The notes: a model not told the origin generated them from the letters alone. Shown: positions 9,269 to 19,246, counted from the first letter of the stretch. The stretch is 64,000 nt of DNA from Bacteroidales bacterium (GCA_030523765.1 JAUNHX010000005.1:5566-69565), one strand, 5' to 3'. Translations and numbers: made by a program.

Positions 9269-9321
9269 GTATAAGGGCTGATGTGGACAATAGGGTTCAT
9301 TGGATTTATTGTTTCATAGGA

Positions 9322-9365
9322 GTATAACAACAAGAGCGGGATAAACCTTTCGGCTTGTCCCGCTC
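9322..9365 (-). terminator. Probable aroA terminator
   Basis: 8-bp stem gagcggga/tcccgctc (9334-9341 / 9358-9365). On the minus strand it is followed by ttgttgtt. It lies 27 nt after the aroA stop. Confidence 0.55.
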
Positions 9366-9391
9366 ATAGGGTGTAAGATTTGTTTTATCGG

Positions 9392-10585
9392 TTAATCGAG
9401 GGTGCGTCCCAGCATCTCGTAGAAGTTGGGGAACGATTTGGAGACTACCTCGGGATTGAGAATCTCTAAATTGGGGAAGAGGGGCTTGAGTGTGGAGAAG
9501 GCCATAGCGATACGATGATCGTTGTGTGAGTCGATAGGCTCTTTATACTCCATCGTGGAGGGGTGTATCAACATAGTGTCATCGATCAACTCTACGTTGA
9601 CTCCTAGCTTGCGGAGTTCGGTAGAGACGGCTTCGATACGATCGCTCTCTTTGATACGTAGATTGGTCAGTCCGGTCAGTTTGGTTTCAATCCCTTTGGC
9701 TGCACAAGCTACTGCTACCGAGGGGAAGAGGTCGGGGGCATAGAAGAAGTCGTACTCAAAATAGTCGACAGCATCACCATCGCGATCAATCTCTATGGCT
9801 TGACCTACAGTCCGTGAGCGAATACCTAGTTGTGCATAAATATCGTATACCGCGCTGTCGCCCTGCATGGAGGGATAGGCGAGACCCGACATATGGAGGT
9901 TTAGCGGTTTGTCGCTCAAAAGGGTTACGTTGTAGAAATATGAGGCAGCCGACCAATCTTTCTCAATCGAATACATCTCTATTTGCGGGAGGGTGTGAGT
10001 GACAAAGTAGGCTGGAGGATTGCCCTTATAGACATATTCGATGCCGCTCTGATCGAGAGCATCGAGGGTCATACGGATATAGGGGGCTGATGCATCGTTG
10101 CCAACCACCTCTACTGCCATTCCAGTAGGCATAGCTGCAGCAGCGAGTAGGAGTGCCGATACGAACTGGCTACTCTGTGTGCCATCGATCTTGATACGAG
10201 TCTCGGTAGGCACAACGCCATCGATCTTCAGCGGCAAGTATCCTTCGTTTTCCATATAATCGATTTTGCATCCTACAGAACGTAGTGCGTCGACCAGCGG
10301 CCCTATAGGACGTTGACACAACCGAGGACTACCCGTGACGGTGTGGGTACCAGGCGTTACGGCGAGCAGAGCTACCAGGAAGCGGGCAGCGGTACCAGCG
10401 TCGCGACAGTCGTAGGTGTGTCGGCGTCCCAATTTAGCCTGACGGAGCAGTCGTTTGAAGAGCTGCGTATCGTCGGCCGACGAAAGGTTCTTGATTCGGA
10501 TGCCATTTTGGCTCATGAAATCGAGCACCAACCAGCGGTTGGAGATGCTTTTCGATGAGGGTAGAGTAATTTGTATTGCTTCCAT
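9392..10585 (-). CDS. aroA: 3-phosphoshikimate 1-carboxyvinyltransferase (EPSP synthase)
   Basis: 397 aa with LPSSKSISNR, DCRDAGTAARFL, QSSQFVSALLLAA and RIKESDRI motifs characteristic of AroA. Confidence 0.9.
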   Translation of the reverse strand: MEAIQITLPSSKSISNRWLVLDFMSQNGIRIKNLSSADDTQLFKRLLRQAKLGRRHTYDCRDAGTAARFLVALLAVTPGTHTVTGSPRLCQRPIGPLVDALRSVGCKIDYMENEGYLPLKIDGVVPTETRIKIDGTQSSQFVSALLLAAAAMPTGMAVEVVGNDASAPYIRMTLDALDQSGIEYVYKGNPPAYFVTHTLPQIEMYSIEKDWSAASYFYNVTLLSDKPLNLHMSGLAYPSMQGDSAVYDIYAQLGIRSRTVGQAIEIDRDGDAVDYFEYDFFYAPDLFPSVAVACAAKGIETKLTGLTNLRIKESDRIEAVSTELRKLGVNVELIDDTMLIHPSTMEYKEPIDSHNDHRIAMAFSTLKPLFPNLEILNPEVVSKSFPNFYEMLGRTLD

Positions 10586-10747
10586 TGTGTTTACTTTACT
10601 TATCTTTGTCTATGTACTTTTGTTCTGATGCAGAAAAATAGTATTTGACTATTGATGATGATGATTGTTTCGTGTATTGCTTTGCTTATGGTTTGTTATC
10701 AATGCTTTATATGTATAAGGTTGATGTAGTATGGTGAGTTATGGTAT

Positions 10748-12040
10748 TTATACATCGATATCGTATTCGCCAATCTTGCGATAGAGGGTGCGTTCGCTGA
10801 TACCTAACTCGCGGGCTGAAGTGCGGCGATTGCCCTTGTTGCGTTCTAGTGCTGCCTGTATGGCGTTGCGCTCAATCTCGGCCAGCGTGAGTGGGGCAGA
10901 GGGTACCACTTTCTCCTCTTCGTCAACCACATTGGCGTACTGCACCTCCTCTTCGTCCTCGTATTTGCTCTTTACTGGGTTGGTGTTGATGCGAATGGTG
11001 TGGTCATTGACTTTATCGGCATAATGGTTGTTGGGTAGCATCACATCTTCGTGTCCATAATCTGGTTCTATCATATTGTTGGAGTGGACAATCTTCGCCA
11101 TATTCGATACCGCTTGTTGCAGTTCGGTAATCTCGTTGCGCATTTTAAGGATGGTGCTCTGCAGTTCGAACGAATCCATCGATATCCGTTCGTTCGTAGT
11201 GTTGTTGCCCTGATAGATGGTGGGCATCAAATCTTGTGGCTCGAAGTTGAGGTAGCTTTGAAGTATAGCTTTGCTTATCTCGCGCGTCTCCTCTAGGTAG
11301 GATATCTGTTCGGTAACGTTCTTCAGTTCGCGAATGTTTCCTCTCCAGGGGTAGGTCTTGATATATTCCTTGCCGTCGTCAGTAAGACGTACTGGTTTCA
11401 TATTGCCTGTATACTTGCTTACTATATCGCTAGCAAACTTGCTGAAAAGAAGAGGTATATCATCTTTGCGTTCGCGCAAGGGTGGAATATAGATCGATAT
11501 CTGATTGAGTCGGTAGTAGAGATCCTCGCGGAATTTTCCATGATTGATAGCCTCCATGATGTCTACATTGGTGGCAGCCACAATGCGCACATCTACTTTG
11601 CGCGGCATATTCTCGCCCATAGGAAGAATCTCGTGGTTTTCGAGCACACGCAGCAGTTTCACTTGCATGTTGAGTGGCAGTTCGCCCACTTCATCGAGGA
11701 ATATGGTGCCGCCGTTGGCCTCTTCGAAATAGCCCTTGCGGTCGCGGTCGGCTCCAGTGAAGGCTCCTTTCTTGTGTCCGAACAGTTCGCTTTCTATAGT
11801 GCCTTCAGGGAGAGCACCACAGTTTACAGCAATCAGTTTCTTTGATTTGCGCCCGCTGTTTTCGTGGATGATTTTCGAGAATACATCCTTACCCACACCG
11901 CTTTCACCAGTGATGAAGATGCTCAGCTTCGAATCGGCAACCTGGAGCGCTTTGTAGAGCGCTAGGTTCAGCTGAGGGTCGTAGCCGATAATATCATGTT
12001 TGGCTTTGACGGTTTCTATTTCGTGTTCGCGATCTTTCAT
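10748..12040 (-). CDS. Sigma-54-dependent transcriptional activator (AAA+ domain plus C-terminal Fis-type HTH; no N-terminal sensory domain)
   Basis: Walker [16 protein letters not shown] loop (KKGAFTGAD), ELFGH, and a C-terminal [26 protein letters not shown]. The AAA+ core starts about 15 residues after the Met. Confidence 0.85.
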   Translation of the reverse strand: MKDREHEIETVKAKHDIIGYDPQLNLALYKALQVADSKLSIFITGESGVGKDVFSKIIHENSGRKSKKLIAVNCGALPEGTIESELFGHKKGAFTGADRDRKGYFEEANGGTIFLDEVGELPLNMQVKLLRVLENHEILPMGENMPRKVDVRIVAATNVDIMEAINHGKFREDLYYRLNQISIYIPPLRERKDDIPLLFSKFASDIVSKYTGNMKPVRLTDDGKEYIKTYPWRGNIRELKNVTEQISYLEETREISKAILQSYLNFEPQDLMPTIYQGNNTTNERISMDSFELQSTILKMRNEITELQQAVSNMAKIVHSNNMIEPDYGHEDVMLPNNHYADKVNDHTIRINTNPVKSKYEDEEEVQYANVVDEEEKVVPSAPLTLAEIERNAIQAALERNKGNRRTSARELGISERTLYRKIGEYDIDV

Positions 12041-12111
12041 ATCTTATTTACTGCTTAGCGTAGCAGGCGAGGCTACAGTTTTCTATATTATAATGGGTAG
12101 GTTCTAGAGGT

Positions 12112-14211
12112 TTAGTTAACAATACAATTTAGTTGTTCACATAGTTTCTGCCGCATACGTACCAGATGCATCTTCTCTTGTACTAGCAGCATTTGATCAT
12201 CGGGGTTGGTGGTCAACTGGAACTGTCGGCCGTTGGTTTGTATCTTATGGTCTAACCTGCGCAGTTTCAGTGTGCGGATAGCGTAGAGCACATCTTGCGA
12301 CAATCGCTGCTCGGGCTTGGGAGTCACCACATGTTTCTTCTCCCACTGCGGACTGATTTGTCGTTCGCCCAGCATCAAAGATGTAGCCAGTTCTCGAATA
12401 GCATCGTCGTTGTGGTTGATATATGACGAGGCATCGACTAGTTGTCCTGATGTCACCATTTGGGCGAAATCGTTGAAGATGGTTTGGTAGCGCGGATCAT
12501 CGAAGGCAATATGATCACCCAACAGTTCGTTTACTATCACCGCTTCTACGAAAAACTGTTCCGTTTTGGTGTTACCCTCATCGTCTGTCATCGTACAGTC
12601 CATCACCATATGTCCCTGATTGAGCAGTAGATCGATGATTTTACGCTCCTGCGTATCGTCAGGATGTAGGGTAGGGGAGAAAGGCTCTACCCTTGGTTGC
12701 TGGGGGACAGCAGATGGGTGTTCGGGGAGAGGGGGCAGTTCGTTGGGATCGGGGGCTCCGAGGGTATTGGGTGCCGCTTTGATGTTGCCTTGAGGATCGA
12801 CCACCATCGATGAGGTCTCTGAGGTGGGCGTTGTAGTTGTTGGGGTTGCTGTTTTTGCAACTGTGCCCGTCTCGTTGGGGTGCTGTTGCTCGTATTGCTT
12901 GCGCGAACGGTTTGCTAGCGCCTTCGCCAATTCGGTTTGGATAGTAGGTTCCGGCATATTGAGCAGCGAAGCGCATAGGCGTACATATTCGGTACGCTCT
13001 AGCATATCGGGCACCAAAGCTATTGTTTGCACTATCTCGGTGAGTGCCTGTGCTTTGCGTATAGGGTCGCGCTTCACTTCGTCGAGCAGCAAACGGGTTT
13101 TGTACAATACAAAATTCTCTTCGTGGTCGCGCAGATATTCTTGTAGTGCTGTGCTGCCGTGCTTTTGAGCGAAGCTATCAGGATCATCGCCATCGGGGAA
13201 GAGAACCATACGTACATGCATTCCTTCCTCCAACAGAATGTTAACAGCGCGTAGCGTAGCTTTGATACCAGCAGCATCGCCATCGTACACCACCGTTACG
13301 TTTTTCGAGAAACGAGCTATCATGCGTGCCTGCTGTTCTGTAAGCGAGGTGCCGCACGATGCTACTGTGTTGGTGACCCCCGACTGGTGCATCGATACCA
13401 CATCAACGTTGCCCTCTACTAGATAACATTTATCAGCTTTCACTATCGAAGATTTGGCTTGATAAATACCATATAGCGAGTTCTTCTTCAGATAGATATC
13501 CGATTCGGGAGAGTTGACGTATTTAGCTTTCGTTTTGTCGTTGGTTAGTATACGTCCGCTAAAGCCCTGTACTCTTCCACTGATGGTGTAGATAGGGAAC
13601 ATAACTCGTCCGCGGAAACGATCGTAACTTTTCCCATCCTCCTTGAAGATGGTGAGTCCTGTTTTCTCCAACACCGTATCGCTATATCCGTTAGCACGAG
13701 CATGAGTGGTGAAATTATCCCATTCGTCTAAGCAATAGCCTAAACCAAACTTCTGTATAATCTCGTCGGTCATACCTCGTTGGTGGAAATAACTCAAGCC
13801 TATGGCACTTCCCATCTCGTTGTTGTACAGCAAATCGGCAAAATATTTTTGTGCAAACTCTGAGCAGTGAAACAGTGAATCGCGTTCGTTTTTACGCTCT
13901 TTCTGCTCATCGCTCAATTCCTCCTCTTGGATGGTGATATTGTACTTCTTGGCTAGATAGCGAAGGGCGTCGGGGTAGGAGAGATGATCGAGTTCCATCA
14001 GGAAACGAACAGCATCGCCACCCTTACCGCAGCCGAAGCATTTAAAAATACCGCGGGCCGGATTGACATTGAACGATGGCGTTTTCTCATCGTGGAAGGG
14101 GCAGCAAGCTATATAATTTGCGCCGCGACGTTTTAGCGACACAAAATCTCCCACAACCTCTTCTATATGAGTGGCGTCAAGAATTCGTTGTATGGTTTCC
14201 TGGTTGATCAT
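12112..14211 (-). CDS. dnaG: DNA primase
   Basis: 699 aa with a zinc ribbon CPFHDEKTPSFNVNPARGIFKCFGCGKGGD and a TOPRIM region YLVEGNVDVVSMHQSG...VVYDGDAAG. Confidence 0.9.
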   Translation of the reverse strand: MINQETIQRILDATHIEEVVGDFVSLKRRGANYIACCPFHDEKTPSFNVNPARGIFKCFGCGKGGDAVRFLMELDHLSYPDALRYLAKKYNITIQEEELSDEQKERKNERDSLFHCSEFAQKYFADLLYNNEMGSAIGLSYFHQRGMTDEIIQKFGLGYCLDEWDNFTTHARANGYSDTVLEKTGLTIFKEDGKSYDRFRGRVMFPIYTISGRVQGFSGRILTNDKTKAKYVNSPESDIYLKKNSLYGIYQAKSSIVKADKCYLVEGNVDVVSMHQSGVTNTVASCGTSLTEQQARMIARFSKNVTVVYDGDAAGIKATLRAVNILLEEGMHVRMVLFPDGDDPDSFAQKHGSTALQEYLRDHEENFVLYKTRLLLDEVKRDPIRKAQALTEIVQTIALVPDMLERTEYVRLCASLLNMPEPTIQTELAKALANRSRKQYEQQHPNETGTVAKTATPTTTTPTSETSSMVVDPQGNIKAAPNTLGAPDPNELPPLPEHPSAVPQQPRVEPFSPTLHPDDTQERKIIDLLLNQGHMVMDCTMTDDEGNTKTEQFFVEAVIVNELLGDHIAFDDPRYQTIFNDFAQMVTSGQLVDASSYINHNDDAIRELATSLMLGERQISPQWEKKHVVTPKPEQRLSQDVLYAIRTLKLRRLDHKIQTNGRQFQLTTNPDDQMLLVQEKMHLVRMRQKLCEQLNCIVN

Positions 14212-14219
14212 TTGGGTTG

Positions 14220-14227
14220 CAAAATTA
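14220..14227 (-). promoter_or_regulatory. Bacteroidota -7 box TAATTTTG upstream of dnaG
   Basis: The minus strand reads TAATTTTGcaacccaaATG. This matches TAnnTTTG and sits 8 nt before the start codon. Confidence 0.45.
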
Positions 14228-14533
14228 CGAAAAAAAATCGAAACATGAACGAAATATTTTTTTCTTTTTCATATTGCTTTGGTAATGAGCACTACTATAC
14301 AATCGAGGCTCTTCTACTTCTGTTTTTTTTGCTCTGATATAACGCTAATATAAGTCTAACGTAAGTATAACCTAAATAGAGTATGATGTAAGAACAAAAA
14401 CCATCTCTAGAAATCTCTTTTTCTGCTATACGATGAGAGGGTAAAGAAGTCTTGTTTTAATCTTTACTTTTACGATGGTATAAACGTAATAACAACGCTC
14501 ATCCTACCCCCTATTATCGATATCGTACCATAC

Positions 14534-14636
14534 TCCCTACGTCCTACCCTCCTTTCTCTTATGAGAAACCCTCCTCGTTCCCTACGTCCTACCTCCCTAT
14601 TTCTTAAGAGATTCCCCCCTCGTTGCCTACGTCTTT
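14534..14636. repeat. 45-bp pyrimidine-rich imperfect tandem repeat, about 2.3 copies
   Basis: Units at 14534-14578 and 14579-14623 share 37 of 45 positions. Each starts tccctacgtcctacc and ends ctcgt. A third partial unit begins tgcctacgtc at 14624. Confidence 0.8.
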
Positions 14637-14915
14637 TGGCCTCTTTGTATATTAATGATTATCAGTAGTATAGAAAACGGAGAAAATGGCCTTCGTCTTT
14701 CTTTGCATCGATAACTAGAGAGTGGAATAAAATATTATAAAAATAGTAGTAGAATTGTATTTTGGGAACGAGAAATCCTCTAACGGAATTATGTTTGTTG
14801 GTCGGCATAATATCTTTGTCCAAATGCAAAGCAACCAAATGTTTACTATTACTCTATTAGTCAATCTATATTAGTATATAATAAAAAAAAATTTTGCCAA
14901 GTCGTCTATTCTTCG

Positions 14916-14923
14916 TAACTTTG
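14916..14923 (+). promoter_or_regulatory. -7 box TAACTTTG upstream of the 1414-aa T9SS gene
   Basis: Matches TAnnTTTG, 28 nt before ATG 14952. A second match, TATCTTTG, lies near 14810-14817. Confidence 0.55.
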
Positions 14924-14951
14924 CCGCGTCATTATAACGACCCTCTATGAA

Positions 14952-17900
14952 ATGAAAAGATATAAAAGACAGATAATCCTCTTGTTCCTCCTGTTGCTTT
15001 CGTCTGCTGCCTGGAGCCGTACTCACCGCGATTCGTTAGGTGTGGGTCATCGTATGCTTTTTTCTGAAAACAAGGGACAATGGGAGAATCCTGTGCTTTT
15101 TAAATCGGATCTTCGTGTAGCTACTCTTTTCTTGGAACGCGATTGCTTTACCCTCTTGTTGGTTCATCCCGACTGTTGGTCGCAGCATCCGCGTCCCACC
15201 CGTTTCAAGAGCTATCGTACTCATGCATATAAAGTTCATTTTGTTGGTTCTAAGGTCGATAAGGTGATGGGTGAAGAACGGGAAGATACTTACGAGAATT
15301 ATTATCTTGGCAACGATCCTAGTCGCTGGTGTAGTGGTGTAGGTGTATATGGTTCAGTCTATTATGATCAGTTGTGGCGCGGTATCGATATGCGTGTATA
15401 CTCTGCGCAGGGTGCTATGAAATACGATTTTCTTGTGGCCCCAGGTGCTGATGTATCGCAGATTGCGTTGCGCTACGAGGGTGTTGATGGCATCCGAATC
15501 AAAGAGGGTAACCTTCGCATCAAGACCTCTGTAATGGAGGTAGTTGAGTTAGCCCCTTATGCTTATCAAATCAAAGGCGATGACACTATCGAAGTGGCTG
15601 CCCGCTATGTTCTGCAAGATCGTGAGGTGCGACTTTCGTTGGGTTCATACGATAGTAGTCTCCCGCTTGTTATCGATCCCTATCTCTATTTCTCAACCTA
15701 TACTGGTTCGACTGCCGACAATTGGGGCACTACTTCGGCCTACGATTCATATAAAAATACCTATACCTCGGGACTCGTGTTTGGTGATGGTTATCCCACC
15801 TCGGTGGGTAGCTATGACGGCACCTACAACGGCAACGCTGACATCGGCATCTTCAAGTTCGATACCAACGGCACTCATCGACTTTATGCTACCTATCTGG
15901 GTGGCGGCAATGCCGATATGCCTCACTCGATGTTCGTCAACGCTTTCGATGAGTTGGTGGTGTTCGGCACTACCGGTTCGAGCAATTTCCCTACCACTGA
16001 GGGTGCCTACGATCGAGTCTTCTCGGGAGGCAATGCTCTGCAGTATGAAGGATCATCTACAATCAATTTCCCCAATGGTAGCGATATCTTCCTTTGTCGT
16101 TTTAACGCTGATGGCTCTCAACTGCAAGCCTCTACCTATGTGGGTGGGTCGGGCAATGATGGTATGAACTACGAAACATGGTTCACCTCTTATGATTTAA
16201 TCATGCTGGGCAACGACTCGCTCTATTATAACTATGGTGATGGTGCTCGCGGCGAACTGATGATCGATGATCTCAACAATGTCTATGTAGGCTCTACTAC
16301 CCGCTCCACAGATTTCCCTACTACCTCAGGTGCTATTCAGACCTATGCCAATGGTGGAAGAGAGGGTGTGGTGTTTAAGATCGATTACAATCTTCATAAC
16401 ATGATGTGGTGCACCTATTTGGGTGGTGTGGGCAACGATGCTGTCTATTCGGTCGATGTTGATACTAGTTATAATGTGGTTGTGTGTGGAGGTACCACCT
16501 CGGGTGCGCTCTTCCCCACTACTCCTAATAGTTACAAACCCAACTTTAGCGGCGGTTCGTCTGATGGCTTTGTGGCCAAAATCAGTCGCAACGGCACCAC
16601 CTTGATGGCTAGTACTTTCTTCGGCAGCAGTGCCTACGATCAGTGCTATTTTGTCCGTGTGGGTAAACAGAACGATGTCTTCATCTTTGGACAGACCACA
16701 GCTCCCGATAGTACCCTTATATACAATGCTGCCTATAATACCCCCAATAGCGGACAGTTCCTTGCTCGCCTCAAGCCCAACCTTGACACTCTTAAATGGT
16801 CAACTGTCTTTGGTACCGGTAGTGGTGAACCCAACCTTTCACCTACCGCTTTCGCTGTCGATATATGCAATCGTATCTATCTAGCAGGATGGGGAAGGAA
16901 GTTCTGTGGATACTATCTGCAAGGGGCTACTATCCCTTGGAACACCTATGGTACTGCAGGCATGCAAGTTACTGCCGATGCTTATCAGAATACCACTGAT
17001 GGACAAGATTTCTATGTAATGACAATGGATACTAGTGCTAACGCACTGATCTATGCCTCCTTCTTTGGTGAGCAGCATTCTGAGAGTGTTTATGGTGGAC
17101 AAGATCATGTGGATGGTGGTACCAGTCGTTTCGATCGTTTGGGCACCCTCTATGAGAGTGTATGCGCTAGCTGTGGAGGCTATCAATCTTTTCCCACCAC
17201 CTCGGGTGCTTGGTCTAATAGTAATAACGCTAGCAACTGCAACAATGCGCTGTTCCGTCTCAACCTTTCGAGTGATTTCCCTGTGGCTGAGTTTGTTCCC
17301 CCTTCGGCAGGATGTGCTCCTCTCACTATAGAATTCCATAACACTGGAAGGGGCGAGTCGTATCAGTGGGACTTCGGTGATGGCTCTGATACTTCTGCTG
17401 CTGTTAACCCCACTCATACTTTCAGTAACCCAGGCAATTATACCATTCGCCTAGTGGCCCGTATGGCTGAAGGCTGCCGCACCACCGATACGATGTACCA
17501 CACTCTCCGTGTGCTGGGCGATACTAGTTATTGGATTGACACTATCGATTTTTGTCCTGCCGACCAACCGCAAATTGGATTGCATCCTCAGATGGGTTGT
17601 TCTTACCAATGGATTGAAGGAGAGGTGAGCGATAGCACTGTAGCTAACCCCTATGTTACGGAAGGTGGAGTATATACCCTTTTGGTAACGACCGACAATT
17701 GTGTTGATACCATCCATCAGATGGTCCGTATTGGCACTACTGCTTTTACCCTTGCGGGCGACACTTCGGGTTGCACTTCGCCTATCAATCTCAGTGCCAC
17801 TTTTGGTCCTGATATTGATCACGTGATTTGGTCGCATAGCTCCTCTTTGTCCGACACTATTAATAGTGGCAACCTCTTAGCAGGGAGTCTTCGCCTCGAT

Positions 17901-19196
17901 CTTACTCAATCGTGCTGGATTTATTTATATGTTGAAGATCGGTTAGGATGTCGCGGACTCGATAGTCTCCATATCCAATTCTATAACATTATGGATACCC
18001 TCATCATCAAGTCGGTATCCTGTCCTGGCGATTGTAATGGTTCGGTCATCGCTCTTCCTTCTAGTTATGCGGTAGCCCCGTATGGTTATGAGTGCGATGG
18101 ACAGATGCTTGCTGATTCTTTGGCTGATGGACTCTGTCTGGGCAATCACACCTATATCTTTTCCGATGCTAACGGCTGTTCTATCGAACGCACTTTTCCG
18201 ATTGCGGATGCTGCCGTTCCCAATATTCAAACCCAAATAACTCATGTCCTTTGTCATGAGTATGCTACTGGTGCTATCAATATCAGCATTGGCGATACGG
18301 GTAGTTATACTTTCTACTGGTACGATGATGAGTCTACCACCTCTTCGCGAACGGGTCTCAATCCTGGCACTTATATCTGTCGTATCACCAGTCCGAACGG
18401 CTGTATCTATTACGATACTGCTATCGTTATTGAGAATGCTGATATGCAAGTGTCTACAACTCATATCGACAATACTTGTCACGACTATTGTTCGGGTAGC
18501 GCCCTAGCTACAGCGGCTGGAGGTACGGCCCCCTACACTTATGAGTGGAGCAATGGTGAAACCACCGCTCAGGCCGATGCTCTCTGTGAAGGGATGGTCA
18601 CCGTATGGGTGACCGATGCTACTGGTTGTCGTGTGCACGATTCGGTAGCTATCGCCACTGTCTCCTCTTACGATTCCATCGAGGTGTGGGCTAACGACGA
18701 TACGGTTTATTCTGACCAAATCACTGCCGTTCATGCTACCTCTATTCCCGGTGCTACTTATAGTTGGCAGCCCCCTCAGCTTTTGGCTAATCCCTACAGC
18801 AGCAACAGTGTAACGGTGCCTTTGCAAGAAACCACCACCTTTATATGTACTGTTGTTGACAGCATTGGTTGTGAACATATCGATTCGGTGAAGGTGGTTT
18901 GCAATGTTATCAACTGTGGTGAACCTAATATCTTTATCCCTAACACCTTTACTCCCAACGGTGATGGAGTAAACGACCGTCTTTGCGTTACGGGCGAAGA
19001 TATTGTAGGTTATCATCTCTGTATATTCTCCCGTTGGGGTGAGTTGGTGTTCGAAACGAATAATCTTGACGATTGTTGGGACGGAACTTATAAGGGTAAG
19101 CCCTGTATGGCAGGCGTTTATGTTTATCATTGCGATATCTACTGTACTGCCAATCACGAAGCTTCCCTTAAAGGCGACATAACGCTGATACGATAA
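14952..19196 (+). CDS. Giant secreted beta-propeller(SBBP)/PKD/SprB-like repeat protein with T9SS type B C-terminal sorting domain
   Basis: Signal peptide MKRYKRQIILLFLLLLSSAAWS. Repeated Y(A/C)TYLGG.GND motifs indicate SBBP-type propeller repeats. PKD motif WDFGDGSDTS..NPTHTF. Cys-rich repeats. The C-terminus IPNTFTPNGDGVNDRL..IFSRWGELVF..WDGTYKGK..GVYVYH is a type B CTD. Confidence 0.85.
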   Translation: MKRYKRQIILLFLLLLSSAAWSRTHRDSLGVGHRMLFSENKGQWENPVLFKSDLRVATLFLERDCFTLLLVHPDCWSQHPRPTRFKSYRTHAYKVHFVGSKVDKVMGEEREDTYENYYLGNDPSRWCSGVGVYGSVYYDQLWRGIDMRVYSAQGAMKYDFLVAPGADVSQIALRYEGVDGIRIKEGNLRIKTSVMEVVELAPYAYQIKGDDTIEVAARYVLQDREVRLSLGSYDSSLPLVIDPYLYFSTYTGSTADNWGTTSAYDSYKNTYTSGLVFGDGYPTSVGSYDGTYNGNADIGIFKFDTNGTHRLYATYLGGGNADMPHSMFVNAFDELVVFGTTGSSNFPTTEGAYDRVFSGGNALQYEGSSTINFPNGSDIFLCRFNADGSQLQASTYVGGSGNDGMNYETWFTSYDLIMLGNDSLYYNYGDGARGELMIDDLNNVYVGSTTRSTDFPTTSGAIQTYANGGREGVVFKIDYNLHNMMWCTYLGGVGNDAVYSVDVDTSYNVVVCGGTTSGALFPTTPNSYKPNFSGGSSDGFVAKISRNGTTLMASTFFGSSAYDQCYFVRVGKQNDVFIFGQTTAPDSTLIYNAAYNTPNSGQFLARLKPNLDTLKWSTVFGTGSGEPNLSPTAFAVDICNRIYLAGWGRKFCGYYLQGATIPWNTYGTAGMQVTADAYQNTTDGQDFYVMTMDTSANALIYASFFGEQHSESVYGGQDHVDGGTSRFDRLGTLYESVCASCGGYQSFPTTSGAWSNSNNASNCNNALFRLNLSSDFPVAEFVPPSAGCAPLTIEFHNTGRGESYQWDFGDGSDTSAAVNPTHTFSNPGNYTIRLVARMAEGCRTTDTMYHTLRVLGDTSYWIDTIDFCPADQPQIGLHPQMGCSYQWIEGEVSDSTVANPYVTEGGVYTLLVTTDNCVDTIHQMVRIGTTAFTLAGDTSGCTSPINLSATFGPDIDHVIWSHSSSLSDTINSGNLLAGSLRLDLTQSCWIYLYVEDRLGCRGLDSLHIQFYNIMDTLIIKSVSCPGDCNGSVIALPSSYAVAPYGYECDGQMLADSLADGLCLGNHTYIFSDANGCSIERTFPIADAAVPNIQTQITHVLCHEYATGAINISIGDTGSYTFYWYDDESTTSSRTGLNPGTYICRITSPNGCIYYDTAIVIENADMQVSTTHIDNTCHDYCSGSALATAAGGTAPYTYEWSNGETTAQADALCEGMVTVWVTDATGCRVHDSVAIATVSSYDSIEVWANDDTVYSDQITAVHATSIPGATYSWQPPQLLANPYSSNSVTVPLQETTTFICTVVDSIGCEHIDSVKVVCNVINCGEPNIFIPNTFTPNGDGVNDRLCVTGEDIVGYHLCIFSRWGELVFETNNLDDCWDGTYKGKPCMAGVYVYHCDIYCTANHEASLKGDITLIR

Positions 19197-19246
19197 TCTC
19201 TGTTTCTCAACAACGTTCTTTTTCATGAAAGAGAGTAATCATACTG

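Larger units (their letters stand above)
5331..9279 (+). repeat. Tandem duplication, unit 2
   Basis: Same content as 1387-5333. The interior 5446-9215 equals 1501-5270, while the edges differ by substitutions and indels. Confidence 0.95.

Noticed and set aside
1387-9279. The duplicated segment as a mobile element or composite transposon.
   Set aside because: There are no terminal inverted repeats, no target-site duplication beyond a 3-nt overlap, and no mobility genes. The left edge lies inside rnfE coding sequence, which fits a segmental duplication.
10601-10608. A plus-strand TATCTTTG box just past the aroA start, pointing into the aroA/activator spacer.
   Set aside because: No plus-strand gene or obvious structured RNA follows. 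It is probably a chance match, or the mirror of AT-rich promoter DNA.
14534-14636. G-quadruplex potential of the purine-rich minus strand of the 45-bp repeat.
   Set aside because: GGG tracts exist but are separated by loops of about 10-25 nt. That is too long for a confident G4 prediction.
15559-19226. Long alternative-frame and antisense ORFs within the 1414-aa gene (15559-16167, 16881-17417, 17943-18482, 18504-19226).
   Set aside because: All are nested in a gene with coherent domain structure along its full length. They are typical shadow ORFs of a long gene with biased codon usage.
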